Origin: Erysipelothrix sp. UBA3383
Lineage (GTDB): Bacteria > Bacillota_I > Bacilli_A > Erysipelotrichales > Erysipelotrichaceae
DNA length: 36,206 nucleotides
Reading direction: 5' to 3'
NCBI GenBank assembly: GCA_002358955.1
Contig: DEPV01000026.1
Coordinates: 1-36,206 of the forward strand
The translations under genes and the position numbers were made by a program. Position 1 is the stretch's first letter, and every line of letters starts with the position of its first letter. This document shows positions 1 to 8,835 of this stretch, one piece after another. The notes beneath the pieces were generated by a model. It saw only the letters and a list, made by a program, of their open reading frames with translations. It searched no databases and had not been told where the DNA came from.

Positions 1-27
1 GTGCTAAGTCTTAAAGACGGGAAGTGA
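1..27 (+). CDS. 3' end of an upstream gene (VLSLKDGK*), possibly an ABC transporter ATPase C-terminus; partial
   Basis: Open frame from position 1 ending TGA TAA TAA; 'xLxLKDGK' resembles the last strand of ABC ATPases. Only 8 codons are visible. Confidence 0.3.
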   Translation: MLSLKDGK

Positions 28-119
28 TAATAAGTATGAAGTAAGTTAATGTCGTTATCATTTATTGACACTGATTAAAATGATACAATATCAGTATACT
101 TAGCTAAGGAGGTTTTGAT

Positions 120-1484
120 GTGGTGAATATATTGGGAGAAGAATCAAACACTGTAGCATATAAAGTCGAATTACCAGATGAGTCTAATAAATGGCTTAAA
201 TCAGTAGTTGCTTTTTGCAATACTTCTGGCGGAAAACTAATTATGGGTATACAAGATAATACTTTAGAAATAGTTGGTATTAATGACTCGAGGTCTGAGT
301 TAGAGGCCAGAATAGTTGATACCATTTATAGTTGTATTGAACCAATGCCAACAATAAGTACTATGTTCCAAAACATTGAAGGCAAAGATATTTTTATTTT
401 AAATGTATCACGGGGTGGCCATAAACCCTATTATATTAAATCATTAGGTATGGAACGTGGTACCTTTGTTAGATTTGGCTCAACAGATAGGCAAGCTACA
501 TCTGCACAAATACTAGAGTTATCCATGTTTGGTCAACATAAAAATTTTATAACTGAGGCTTTTATACTAAATTCCAGCCCATTAAAGACAGAAGATAAAC
601 AGATTCAAGATTTCATTGATACTTTAAATGTTACTAATTCTTTGCCAGTCAATTTAAATAAATTGTTGGAATGGAAATTAATTTTATCGGTTTTCGATGA
701 ATTCTATGCTACAAATGGATTTATGTTACTTACAAGTAATCCCTTCAACTATAGTTATGTCAAGATAGGTATTTTTGATGGAACTACAAAAGCAAAAATG
801 TTAGATGAAATAAAGTTTGAAGGCTCTATTATTAAACAATATGAAAATTCTATAGAATATATACTAAATCTTCTAAAAACCGGTTTTACTTTTAAAAAAA
901 TAAGAAAACAAACTTATTTAATTCCTGAAGAGGCTATTAGAGAGGTTGTGGCCAATGCTATAATACATAGAAACTATCAAGATGAGCATCCCATAAGAAT
1001 AGAAATCTATTCAGATAGAATCGTCTTTTACTCTCCTGGTTCTCTTTATGATGGAATTCAATTAGAAGACATATTAAATGGGATATCTAAATTGCGAAAT
1101 GGCAATATTTCTGAAGTTTTCTACCATTTAGGCTACATTGAAAAATGGGGTTCAGGTATTCAAAGATCAAATCGTATTCTAAAGGAAAATGGTTTCAATG
1201 AATTAGATATTGATTCAGAAAATATTCATGGCGTGACGGTAACTATTAATTTTGAACAAGTCTCAAAAGTAGTGGAGAAAACTGTACATAGTTCAAAAAT
1301 TCCTTCATATGATGATGTTATAACATATTACAATAAGTTAGATGGAAAGTTCACTCGTAAGCAATTAGAGCATGATTTTAATTTAAGTACTCATTACGCT
1401 AGAACTATTTGTGAAAATTTGCAAAAGGAAAATTTAGTTTCTAAAGAAGGTTCTGGAAATTCCATTTATTACCAAATTGTATAA
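120..1484 (+). CDS. AlbA_2 (Schlafen-like) + HATPase_c_4 (RecG C-terminal-like) + C-terminal wHTH protein
   Basis: RBS AAGGAGG at 106-112 and GTG start; motifs 'KSVVAFCNTSGGKLIMGIQD', 'IREVVANAIIHRNY', 'YSPGSL', 'LRNGNIS', 'IEKWGSGI'; C-terminal HTH 'FTRKQLEHDFNLSTHYARTICENLQKENLVSKEG'. Confidence 0.85.
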   Translation: MVNILGEESNTVAYKVELPDESNKWLKSVVAFCNTSGGKLIMGIQDNTLEIVGINDSRSELEARIVDTIYSCIEPMPTISTMFQNIEGKDIFILNVSRGGHKPYYIKSLGMERGTFVRFGSTDRQATSAQILELSMFGQHKNFITEAFILNSSPLKTEDKQIQDFIDTLNVTNSLPVNLNKLLEWKLILSVFDEFYATNGFMLLTSNPFNYSYVKIGIFDGTTKAKMLDEIKFEGSIIKQYENSIEYILNLLKTGFTFKKIRKQTYLIPEEAIREVVANAIIHRNYQDEHPIRIEIYSDRIVFYSPGSLYDGIQLEDILNGISKLRNGNISEVFYHLGYIEKWGSGIQRSNRILKENGFNELDIDSENIHGVTVTINFEQVSKVVEKTVHSSKIPSYDDVITYYNKLDGKFTRKQLEHDFNLSTHYARTICENLQKENLVSKEGSGNSIYYQIV

Positions 1485-1530
1485 ATGGTACTATGGATGT
1501 AGGGTTAAAGGTTTTATATTAATTAGATAT

Positions 1531-1560
1531 GGGATTGACAATCTGGTCAATCCTTTTTTT
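1531..1560 (+). terminator. Rho-independent terminator
   Basis: Stem GGATTGAC/GTCAATCC followed by T7. Confidence 0.8.
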
Positions 1561-1615
1561 AATGGTTTACAAGCCTATTTATGCTATGATAGAAAAAGAG
1601 ATATGTGAGGTTCTT

Positions 1616-2725
1616 ATGGAAAAAATTAAAGTATTATTTGTACATGGTGGTATCTTAGCAAAAGCTGGAACCGAGAGTTACATGATGTCAGTATTTGATA
1701 ATGTTGACCCTGAAGAAGTTCAAATTGATTTTGTTGTTTTTGGTGTTGATGAAGGGTACTATGATCAAGGTCTAAAGGATAAAGGGGTCAATATTTATCC
1801 GATTAAGTATCGACCTAAAGATTTCTTTAAAGATAAAGATTCATTAAGAACTCTAAAACACCAAATTCAAAAAGAACAGTATGATATTGTTCATGTTCAT
1901 ATGAATGCTTTTAATGCACCGGTGATTGCCATGTTTAAGAAATGGGGCATCCCTGTTGCAGTAGCACATTCTCATACCAATGAATACATGTCACAAAATA
2001 AAGTTATTATTCAACTTAAAAAACACCTTAAAAAGAAAACACCCAATGTAGCAGATTTACTGGTAGCATGCTCCATAGATGCCGGCGAGTTTCAATATAA
2101 AGATGCAGACTTTACCGTCATCAATAATGGGATTGATATTGATAAATTTTCATACAATGAAGAAGTCAGGAATAAGATTCGAGAAGAGTATGATCTTAAT
2201 GGACATTTTGTCTTAGGAAATATAGGACGATTTAACTTCCAAAAGAATCATGATTTCCTTCTGGATATCTTCCATGAATATCTAAAACTTGATGATACAG
2301 GTCTATTGATGTTAATTGGAGAAGGTGAACTGGATGCTAAGATTCGTACTAAAGCGACCAGTTTAGGAATCATTGATAAGATCCGCTTCTTAGGTATTAA
2401 ACCTGATACAGCCCCTTACTATCAAGCGATGGATGCTTTTGTATTACCATCCCTTTTCGAAGGTTTAGGAATTGTTTTAGTTGAAGCTCAAGCAGCGGGC
2501 CTAGAGTGCTATGCTTCCACATTTGTACCCCGTGAGGCATCGATGGGTGAGCACTGTCAGTTTATAGAACTGAAAGACCCTAAGGAGTGGGCTGATGCTG
2601 TATACGCCCGTAAGGATGGTATTCGTGTTGATGGCAGCCAAGATGTTTATAATAATAAATACGATGCCTATGGCAGTGCCCAGCACCTCATATCACTGTA
2701 TAGAAAATTACTAGAAAACCGTTAA
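1616..2725 (+). CDS. Glycosyltransferase family 4 (EpsF/CapH-like)
   Basis: 'IGRFNFQKNHDF' and 'LPSLFEGLGIVLVEAQAAG' (E-x7-E). Start moved to ATG 1616 (GAGG at 1607-1610, extended -10 TGcTATGAT at 1582-1590) because the track start at 1529 overlaps a terminator. Confidence 0.9.
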   Translation: MEKIKVLFVHGGILAKAGTESYMMSVFDNVDPEEVQIDFVVFGVDEGYYDQGLKDKGVNIYPIKYRPKDFFKDKDSLRTLKHQIQKEQYDIVHVHMNAFNAPVIAMFKKWGIPVAVAHSHTNEYMSQNKVIIQLKKHLKKKTPNVADLLVACSIDAGEFQYKDADFTVINNGIDIDKFSYNEEVRNKIREEYDLNGHFVLGNIGRFNFQKNHDFLLDIFHEYLKLDDTGLLMLIGEGELDAKIRTKATSLGIIDKIRFLGIKPDTAPYYQAMDAFVLPSLFEGLGIVLVEAQAAGLECYASTFVPREASMGEHCQFIELKDPKEWADAVYARKDGIRVDGSQDVYNNKYDAYGSAQHLISLYRKLLENR

Positions 2726-2738
2726 TTCGGTTTTTTTC
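2713..2738 (+). terminator. Rho-independent terminator overlapping the GT4 stop codon
   Basis: Stem AAAACCG/CGGTTTT with T-run. Confidence 0.65.
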
Positions 2739-2780
2739 TTGTCAAAAATGAATCTAGTGTGTATACTGTGTATATACACT
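2739..2780 (+). promoter_or_regulatory. SigA promoter overlapped by a YtrA operator
   Basis: TTGTCA(2739-2744)-17bp-TATACT(2762-2767); AGTGTG(2756-2761)-13bp-TACACT(2775-2780) matches the B. subtilis YtrA site AGTGTA-N13-TACACT with one mismatch. Confidence 0.8.
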
Positions 2781-2794
2781 GATAGGAGGTAAAG

Positions 2795-3163
2795 ATGCAA
2801 CTATACATTAACAAACAAGATTCCATACCTTTCTATGAACAAATTTACCTTCAAATCCGTGATGCGATTCTTGAAGAAACTGTTCAAAAGGATGAACTAC
2901 TACCTTCGATGAGAGTTCTGGCTAAGGATTTAAGAGTCAGCTTAATCACTGTGAAAAGAGCTTATGAAGATCTTGAACGCGATGGGTATATCTACTCTGT
3001 TGTCGGACGTGGTTCCTATGTTAAAGAGCAGGACTTTTCACAGGTTAAAGCACTGTTTACTGAAAACTTAAAGGAACAAATTGAACAATTAAAGGATACT
3101 GCAAAAAAAGCAAATATATCCATAGAAGAACTTATTCAAATGGTCAAAGAAGAGAATAAGTAG
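2795..3163 (+). CDS. ytrA: GntR family transcriptional regulator, YtrA subfamily
   Basis: 122 aa; 'IPFYEQI..QIRDAIL...LLPSMRVLAKDLRVSLITVKRAYEDLERDGYIYSVVGRGSYV'; short C-terminus; heads an ABC operon. Confidence 0.9.
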   Translation: MQLYINKQDSIPFYEQIYLQIRDAILEETVQKDELLPSMRVLAKDLRVSLITVKRAYEDLERDGYIYSVVGRGSYVKEQDFSQVKALFTENLKEQIEQLKDTAKKANISIEELIQMVKEENK

Positions 3164-3197
3164 TCTTTGTAGTATTAATCGATAACCTAAGGAGGAC

Positions 3198-3866
3198 ATG
3201 ATGAACTATTTAAAATACAATTTTGATATATTCAGAAGTACTAATATAGGAAGAATAATCATCACTATTCTGTTCTATATTTATGTACCCGGTTCTGTAC
3301 ATTGGCTCTACATCTGGCTCTATATTGCAATTACAAATACAGATGTATATGGTTTAAGTACAGTCATTATGAATACAGATTACTTAGAATCACAGCCCTT
3401 GTTTTCAGGGAAGCGAATCTATTACATAACTGCAATCGAGATTAAAGAAAATTTAATTGTTTATGGGATGAGTCTATTAGGACTTTTCATATTACCCAAA
3501 TTGGGTATCTACTCACCATTTAGCATTCGATTGGATTTGATGAGTATCTTTATTATTAGCAGTCTCTTGTGTAAATCGTTCTTTATCATTGCTACTTCCT
3601 ATGTAAAGATACATGGAGATACTAATAAGACTTCAAGTTTTATTTACTATATTACCAGCGTCATCATTGGTTTTCTGTTTTCTACTTTCATAGGTCCAAC
3701 CGTTACAGATTGGGATACCTATGCTAATATCTCTACCTTCAAATTTTATCTATTCTGCATAGTACTTGTTATCGTATCAGCACTAATCGGTTCTGCAATT
3801 ATTTTAATGTGTAGAGCAAAAGAAAGGAAGAGGATATCATATGAAAACGATAAGATTCTATCGTAG
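3198..3866 (+). CDS. Multi-pass membrane protein, probable ABC-2-type permease
   Basis: RBS AAGGAGG; about 6 hydrophobic segments; operon context. Confidence 0.6.
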   Translation: MMNYLKYNFDIFRSTNIGRIIITILFYIYVPGSVHWLYIWLYIAITNTDVYGLSTVIMNTDYLESQPLFSGKRIYYITAIEIKENLIVYGMSLLGLFILPKLGIYSPFSIRLDLMSIFIISSLLCKSFFIIATSYVKIHGDTNKTSSFIYYITSVIIGFLFSTFIGPTVTDWDTYANISTFKFYLFCIVLVIVSALIGSAIILMCRAKERKRISYENDKILS

Positions 3867-4503
3867 TCAAATATACTTTAAGCAAATAATAGGTTTTGGA
3901 TTTTTCATGAGTTTGATGATTATCCATCCTGGTTATATTTTCGCAAGTTTATTTATTAAATTGAGCCTTCGAGAAAATTCATTAATGGGTAATGATTACA
4001 TTAAGTCTACACCTATCTCAAATAGAAAAAGGTCCAAACAATTGATTATGATTAATCTTGTGATTTATTGCTGCATGTATGCAATTGTTCTTTTAAGTAT
4101 TTATATAAGATCAATCTTAGGGCCTCCTTACTTGATTCCAGATATCTATAGAAAAATAACTATTATTCTTACCAGTATTGTATTTCTTTATTCTTTTATC
4201 ATGACCGTAATTAATGTCTATGAAAGTGTCTATAAGGTCTTAGGAGACAACTATAGATGGTTTGAGAATGGGTCTTATATTCTTGTAGGATTTCCAGCTA
4301 CCATCTATGGTGCATATCTGTACGATTTTACTTATAGTTTTAATAACTTACCGAGTTCTAGTATAAACTACGTTCCAATTATTGGTATTCTGCTAGCAAT
4401 TTTGGCATGTACGTTAGTTTATGTCTATTTTGCAAAACAAAAAATTGATAGGAATGGTGAAATTTCTAATTTGAATATGTGTGGAGGAAAACATAATGGA
4501 TAA
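3841..4503 (+). CDS. Multi-pass membrane protein, probable ABC-2-type permease
   Basis: Hydrophobic segments; 'YIKSTPISNRK' resembles the ABC-2 cytoplasmic loop; overlaps both neighbours. Confidence 0.6.
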   Translation: MKTIRFYRSQIYFKQIIGFGFFMSLMIIHPGYIFASLFIKLSLRENSLMGNDYIKSTPISNRKRSKQLIMINLVIYCCMYAIVLLSIYIRSILGPPYLIPDIYRKITIILTSIVFLYSFIMTVINVYESVYKVLGDNYRWFENGSYILVGFPATIYGAYLYDFTYSFNNLPSSSINYVPIIGILLAILACTLVYVYFAKQKIDRNGEISNLNMCGGKHNG

Positions 4504-5245
4504 AATAATATACGAAGTTAATAATGTGGGGTATTCTTATAAACACTTTTCACTTCAAGATATTAATTTTAATTTAGTGGATGGAGAAGTGTGTGCAGTA
4601 CTCGGAGCAAATGGTTCGGGAAAAACTACTCTCATAAAATCACTTGTTAATATTCTCAAGGGAAGTGGAACTGTAAAATATAATGGAAGTACTGATTACC
4701 TGGATGTACTAGCCTATGTTCCTGACTCATTTCCGTTTGAGTCTCTTAACCAAAATAATTTAATCTACTTTTTAGAAATGAATTATGAGAGTTTTAACAA
4801 GGACAAATTCAATCAATTATTAGAATCATTTGGATTAGCAAACAAGAAAAATTATAAAAAATTAAGCAATGGTGAAAAACAAAGATTAATGTTTGCTACT
4901 GTATTAGCGCGTCAATCGGAAGTGTTCATTCTCGATGAACCCAGTGATGGTATTGATCCTTTCTTCAGGGAAACAATGATTGATTTATTGTTTGATGAGG
5001 TGATCGATAGTAATGGGATTACGATACTATCAACACATAATATACAACCTTATGAAACGATGGTTGATCGCATCATTTATTTGAGTCGTGGTAAATTAGT
5101 AGTGAATCAGACAAAGGATTTCATCTTAGAACAGGGAGAATCTATATTAAAGGAACTTAAATTTGATGAAGCTCTTGTTGAACAATTTATGCATCAAAGA
5201 AATCTAACGTCATTTATGGAAGTGATGCAGATAGGAGGTTTCTAA
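4496..5245 (+). CDS. ABC transporter ATP-binding protein (YtrB-like)
   Basis: Walker A GANGSGKTT, signature LSNGE, Walker B FILDEP, H-loop STH; ATG 4496 follows GGAGG. Confidence 0.9.
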   Translation: MDKIIYEVNNVGYSYKHFSLQDINFNLVDGEVCAVLGANGSGKTTLIKSLVNILKGSGTVKYNGSTDYLDVLAYVPDSFPFESLNQNNLIYFLEMNYESFNKDKFNQLLESFGLANKKNYKKLSNGEKQRLMFATVLARQSEVFILDEPSDGIDPFFRETMIDLLFDEVIDSNGITILSTHNIQPYETMVDRIIYLSRGKLVVNQTKDFILEQGESILKELKFDEALVEQFMHQRNLTSFMEVMQIGGF

Positions 5246-6027
5246 TGTTAAATGTAGGTCCATATGTTTATAGTAATGGTGACTTTAAACTAACAATACC
5301 CAGCACGCATTTTAAATTTGGTGAAATACATTTGGTTCTGGGTAATAACTCTTCTGGGAAAACCTTGTTACTAGATTTACTATCTGGGTATCAAAAGGGA
5401 TTAGTATCTGATGAGATTTCTAAGCTAGCTTATGTGTCTTCGGACTATCCTTTCACTGAAATGGGAACCATTAAGCAACTTGGACATATGTTAAGCCAGT
5501 TAAACAAGAACTTTGATTTTGAGTTATTTCAGGAAATGATTAATAAGTTTCTTAAATATCAAGAAGTAAAGAATACCGATGATTTATCTTTGGGACAAAA
5601 GAAATTACTGCAACTAGCAGTTGCACTGGCTCACCATCCTAAAGTTTTACTTCTTGATGATATTAGTAATGGTTTGGATCAAAAGCATAAGTTATATCTT
5701 TATGAGATTCTTCAGGATCTCAGTTTAAACCAAAATGTGTGCATTATCATAGCAAGTAATCTATTTGAAGATTTCATTCAAATAGCCGACCAGTATCTCA
5801 TGATACAAAGTCAAATCTTAACAACACTGGGGAATGGTGATCATATTGTTGATACGTATTTCCTTTGGGAAGGGTTGTTGGAAGATTTCAATACTATTCC
5901 CAAGAATCTAGTTTACACATATAACTCACGTAGAGACCATATATCTGCACTTGTTAATCCATCCATAAAAGATTCATTTCAAGCTAATATTGTTGATGTC
6001 CTACTTCTTTTAGGAAGGGGGCAATAA
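5245..6027 (+). CDS. ABC transporter ATP-binding protein with degenerate catalytic motifs
   Basis: Walker A GNNSSGKT, signature LSLGQ, Walker B LLLDD (Glu replaced by Asp), H-loop IASN (His missing). Confidence 0.8.
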   Translation: MLNVGPYVYSNGDFKLTIPSTHFKFGEIHLVLGNNSSGKTLLLDLLSGYQKGLVSDEISKLAYVSSDYPFTEMGTIKQLGHMLSQLNKNFDFELFQEMINKFLKYQEVKNTDDLSLGQKKLLQLAVALAHHPKVLLLDDISNGLDQKHKLYLYEILQDLSLNQNVCIIIASNLFEDFIQIADQYLMIQSQILTTLGNGDHIVDTYFLWEGLLEDFNTIPKNLVYTYNSRRDHISALVNPSIKDSFQANIVDVLLLLGRGQ

Positions 6028-6028
6028 T

Positions 6029-6550
6029 ATGACACTATTAAATAGAAAATTTATGTACATGTTAGCCTTTGTTGAAATTCTAATTGGATCGTTGTTCACA
6101 CTTTCGTTTATTTTGTACTTCAGTTTACCTCAATTTGTATTGATCACAAGTTTTATTGGTGCTTTTACTATATATACAATCATCTCCACAGTATACCGAC
6201 CAAAATTCAATATTTATCTTCGACAGAATCACTACAATATTAGAGATATTAAACTCAATATTGCGAAGGAGATGATGGTGTATTCTGTTGTTATAGCATT
6301 AATTTTTACAGGTATGTTGCCATCGGATTTTGTAACATTTTTTCTGATAAAAGGCTTAATTTCTGGCCTTATTTTGGGAGTACTATTATTTAGGAGTTTT
6401 GAAACCATTCTTTGTCTTCTAGTTGGAATCATTATTATTTATACACCATTAAATTATTCTTTGATTACGTTTTTATTGTTCATTTTAACTCTTATTTCAA
6501 TAATGCTAATTCAAAAAATGGATGGTAGTAAATTTACCAAAGTGATATAA
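6029..6550 (+). CDS. Small multi-pass membrane protein, probable permease subunit
   Basis: Very hydrophobic 173 aa ORF; last gene of the operon. Confidence 0.6.
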   Translation: MTLLNRKFMYMLAFVEILIGSLFTLSFILYFSLPQFVLITSFIGAFTIYTIISTVYRPKFNIYLRQNHYNIRDIKLNIAKEMMVYSVVIALIFTGMLPSDFVTFFLIKGLISGLILGVLLFRSFETILCLLVGIIIIYTPLNYSLITFLLFILTLISIMLIQKMDGSKFTKVI

Positions 6551-6620
6551 ACTGTAATTGTAAAAATAAAACATTTTTCCTTCCATCTTAGAAAATGGAA
6601 TGCGTATTACATGAAATTTT

Positions 6621-6650
6621 GAGAGTCACGAAACATCGTGACTCTTTTCT
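6621..6650 (+). terminator. Rho-independent terminator of the ytr-like operon
   Basis: Stem AGAGTCACGA/TCGTGACTCT followed by TTT. Confidence 0.75.
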
Positions 6651-6825
6651 ACGCAATAAGTTCGATTAATAATGAGTAAATATTTAGTCTCTAATCTAAT
6701 TATTCTTAATAGAAATTTATATAAATTATAATTAACAGTAACGTTAGATTAACTCTTTGAGTTGACTTAAGTGCACTTGGGTCGTGAACAAAAGTGCTCA
6801 TTCAATTACTTTTAAGTCTCTGATA

Positions 6826-6876
6826 TAAAAAATACCCTATGCCTTGATACTGCTTATGTATCTTGCATAGGGTATT
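6826..6876 (-). terminator. Rho-independent terminator of the prsA-like pair
   Basis: Outer stem AATACCCTATGC/GCATAGGGTATT, inner stem GATAC/GTATC; A-run on + strand gives the U-tail on the - strand. Confidence 0.75.
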
Positions 6877-6903
6877 GATATAGCTAATATTTATTCAGAT
6901 CTA

Positions 6904-7761
6904 TTAGTTTGCTAAGTATTCTGGGTGTGATTTTTTAAGTGCATTATAGATGCCTTCATCATATACCTTAAAGTTATTTTCTTTATAGATACGTCCCAGT
7001 TCTTTTTGAGTTAAGGTGTTGTCAGATAAGATTTTCTCAATCACATCATCCTTGAAGGTTGCAACATCTGCACTTACAAGTTCAGCGATGTAATACTGAT
7101 CTTTATCAGTTCCTGTTTCAAGTACTTCTGAAACAGCAGGTTCATTGTTCTCTTTTAAGAAATCAATAACATCTTGTGGAAGTTTGGATTGTGACATTAA
7201 TTCTAAGGTTTCAACACCTTTTTGTGTCACATCTTCATCAAGTGCTTTAGCAATATCTTCTAATGAAGATTTATCAGCTAACATTTCTTTTGCTTTATCT
7301 AGATTTTCTTTATCTTTGATTTGTAATACTTTAATTTTACGTGGAATTAAATCTTGTGCTAAACGTTTAAAGTTTTCATTTAAGTCTGTTTCTAGGAAAT
7401 GACGTAAACGTGCATAAGGTTTTAAGTTATTCTCAACATAATCCTCTTCAGTTTCATATCCCAGTTTTTGAACTTCTTCTAGGAATTGATCTTTAAGATC
7501 TTCTTTTTGTTTTGCTAAGAGTTCTGCAACTTCATCAGCAATATCCTCATCTGTAACATCTTTTGTAATTAAGTCTTGAGCTTCACGGATTGCAGTCTTA
7601 CCTGCATCACTTGATTTCATAACGTGGAATAATTGTTCTTGGTTCACTGTTTTTGATCCAACTTTAAATATTACTTCGTTACTGCTTGTACTTGCTTCTT
7701 TGTTTGCACATCCTGCAAGTACCAATAGTGCTGTAAGTGCTAAAAGTAGTTTCTTCATCAT
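6904..7761 (-). CDS. PrsA-like foldase lipoprotein with degenerate parvulin domain
   Basis: Lipobox LAGC; PrsA-like N/C chaperone region; parvulin motifs eroded ('RKIKVLQI' for xxHIL, 'DQYYIAEL' for G-x-H-I-I). Confidence 0.65.
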   Translation of the reverse strand: MMKKLLLALTALLVLAGCANKEASTSSNEVIFKVGSKTVNQEQLFHVMKSSDAGKTAIREAQDLITKDVTDEDIADEVAELLAKQKEDLKDQFLEEVQKLGYETEEDYVENNLKPYARLRHFLETDLNENFKRLAQDLIPRKIKVLQIKDKENLDKAKEMLADKSSLEDIAKALDEDVTQKGVETLELMSQSKLPQDVIDFLKENNEPAVSEVLETGTDKDQYYIAELVSADVATFKDDVIEKILSDNTLTQKELGRIYKENNFKVYDEGIYNALKKSHPEYLAN

Positions 7762-8726
7762 TATTCACCACCTTCAATAAATTCATTAAATAGTGCTTCA
7801 ACATCTTTATTAACAAATTCAATGTCTAAGTCTTTTGATGCTAAGACTACAGATTGGATTTGTACCTTTTGATTTGCTGTTGCAATTGCTTGAACAAATT
7901 CATCTTCTTCAATTAAATCTTTAAATGAAGTTTTTTCAACAAGTACAATATGTTGTCCAAATTCTGAATTGAACCATTCTGTTTGCTCACCTGCATCAAC
8001 TTTAATTGCTGCATCGATGAACGGTTGTACCAGTTTTGAATTCTTATCCATATAACCCACAGATCCTTTTACAGATGCTGTTCCTGTATCATCAGAATAC
8101 TTCATTGCTACATCACCAAAGTCATCCCCATCAGCCAATGCTTTCTTAGCATCGTCTAATTTCTTTTGTTCTGCATCTGTTGGTTTTGTAGGGTCTTCCA
8201 TACGAATTAAGATGTGTGATACAACACGTGGTTTGTTTGTTTCAATGAAGCTGTCAGCAACATCTTTTTGGTTGTCAGTGATGTACTGACGTTCAAGTTC
8301 AATTAATTTGGCTTGGTTTTCATAAAGTGTTGCTAGATCATCAATCCCTTTGGTATAACCACTTGCAATAATAGCTGCTTCTAATTCTTTAATAGCTGCA
8401 GTTCCTTTTGCTGATGTATTAGCAACTTGATTGCTAGCATATTCTTTCGATTGCTTTTTAATCTCATCACTTGTTTCCAATTCACTTAATACATAACGCT
8501 CAAACAATTTGTAGGTTTCAATCCCTGCTTGAGTTGGTAATAATTCTGCGTAATAGTCATCAGCGTTGATGTTTTCTCCATTAACCTCGAATACAATATC
8601 TTTACCATTTACTTTCTTACCTTTAAAACTTGAATCAATCTGTTGTTTTGAGAACACGACAGTTCCAACAACAAGCATGATTACGATTAAAAGTAGAAAC
8701 CAATATTTCTTTAGATTTTCTAACAT
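7761..8726 (-). CDS. prsA: PrsA-like peptidyl-prolyl isomerase (parvulin type), N-terminal membrane anchor
   Basis: 'VSHILI', 'FGDVAMKYSDDTGTASVKGSVGY', 'LVQPF', 'SEFGQHIV'; N-terminal hydrophobic helix without a lipobox Cys; RBS GGAGGA. Confidence 0.8.
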   Translation of the reverse strand: MLENLKKYWFLLLIVIMLVVGTVVFSKQQIDSSFKGKKVNGKDIVFEVNGENINADDYYAELLPTQAGIETYKLFERYVLSELETSDEIKKQSKEYASNQVANTSAKGTAAIKELEAAIIASGYTKGIDDLATLYENQAKLIELERQYITDNQKDVADSFIETNKPRVVSHILIRMEDPTKPTDAEQKKLDDAKKALADGDDFGDVAMKYSDDTGTASVKGSVGYMDKNSKLVQPFIDAAIKVDAGEQTEWFNSEFGQHIVLVEKTSFKDLIEEDEFVQAIATANQKVQIQSVVLASKDLDIEFVNKDVEALFNEFIEGGE

Positions 8727-8750
8727 AATATCCTCCTGGTATGCCTAGTA

Positions 8751-8806
8751 ATTATAAATTATAACACAAGGTAATGCAATATAAACTAGGAACCGTATGG
8801 TATAAT
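8751..8806. promoter_or_regulatory. Divergent SigA promoters for prsA (-) and suf (+)
   Basis: Minus strand TTGCAT(8774-8779)-17bp-TATAAT(8751-8756); plus strand extended -10 TGgTATAAT at 8798-8806. Confidence 0.65.
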
Positions 8807-8835
8807 AGTAAGTATTGATTTAAAAGAGAGGCGAT

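Noticed and set aside
1529..1615. N-terminal extension of the GT4 (and similar upstream starts for sufD, sufS, tyrS, buk, pulA, LLM)
   Set aside because: Extensions cross terminators, promoters or upstream genes; downstream starts fit RBS position or family length better.
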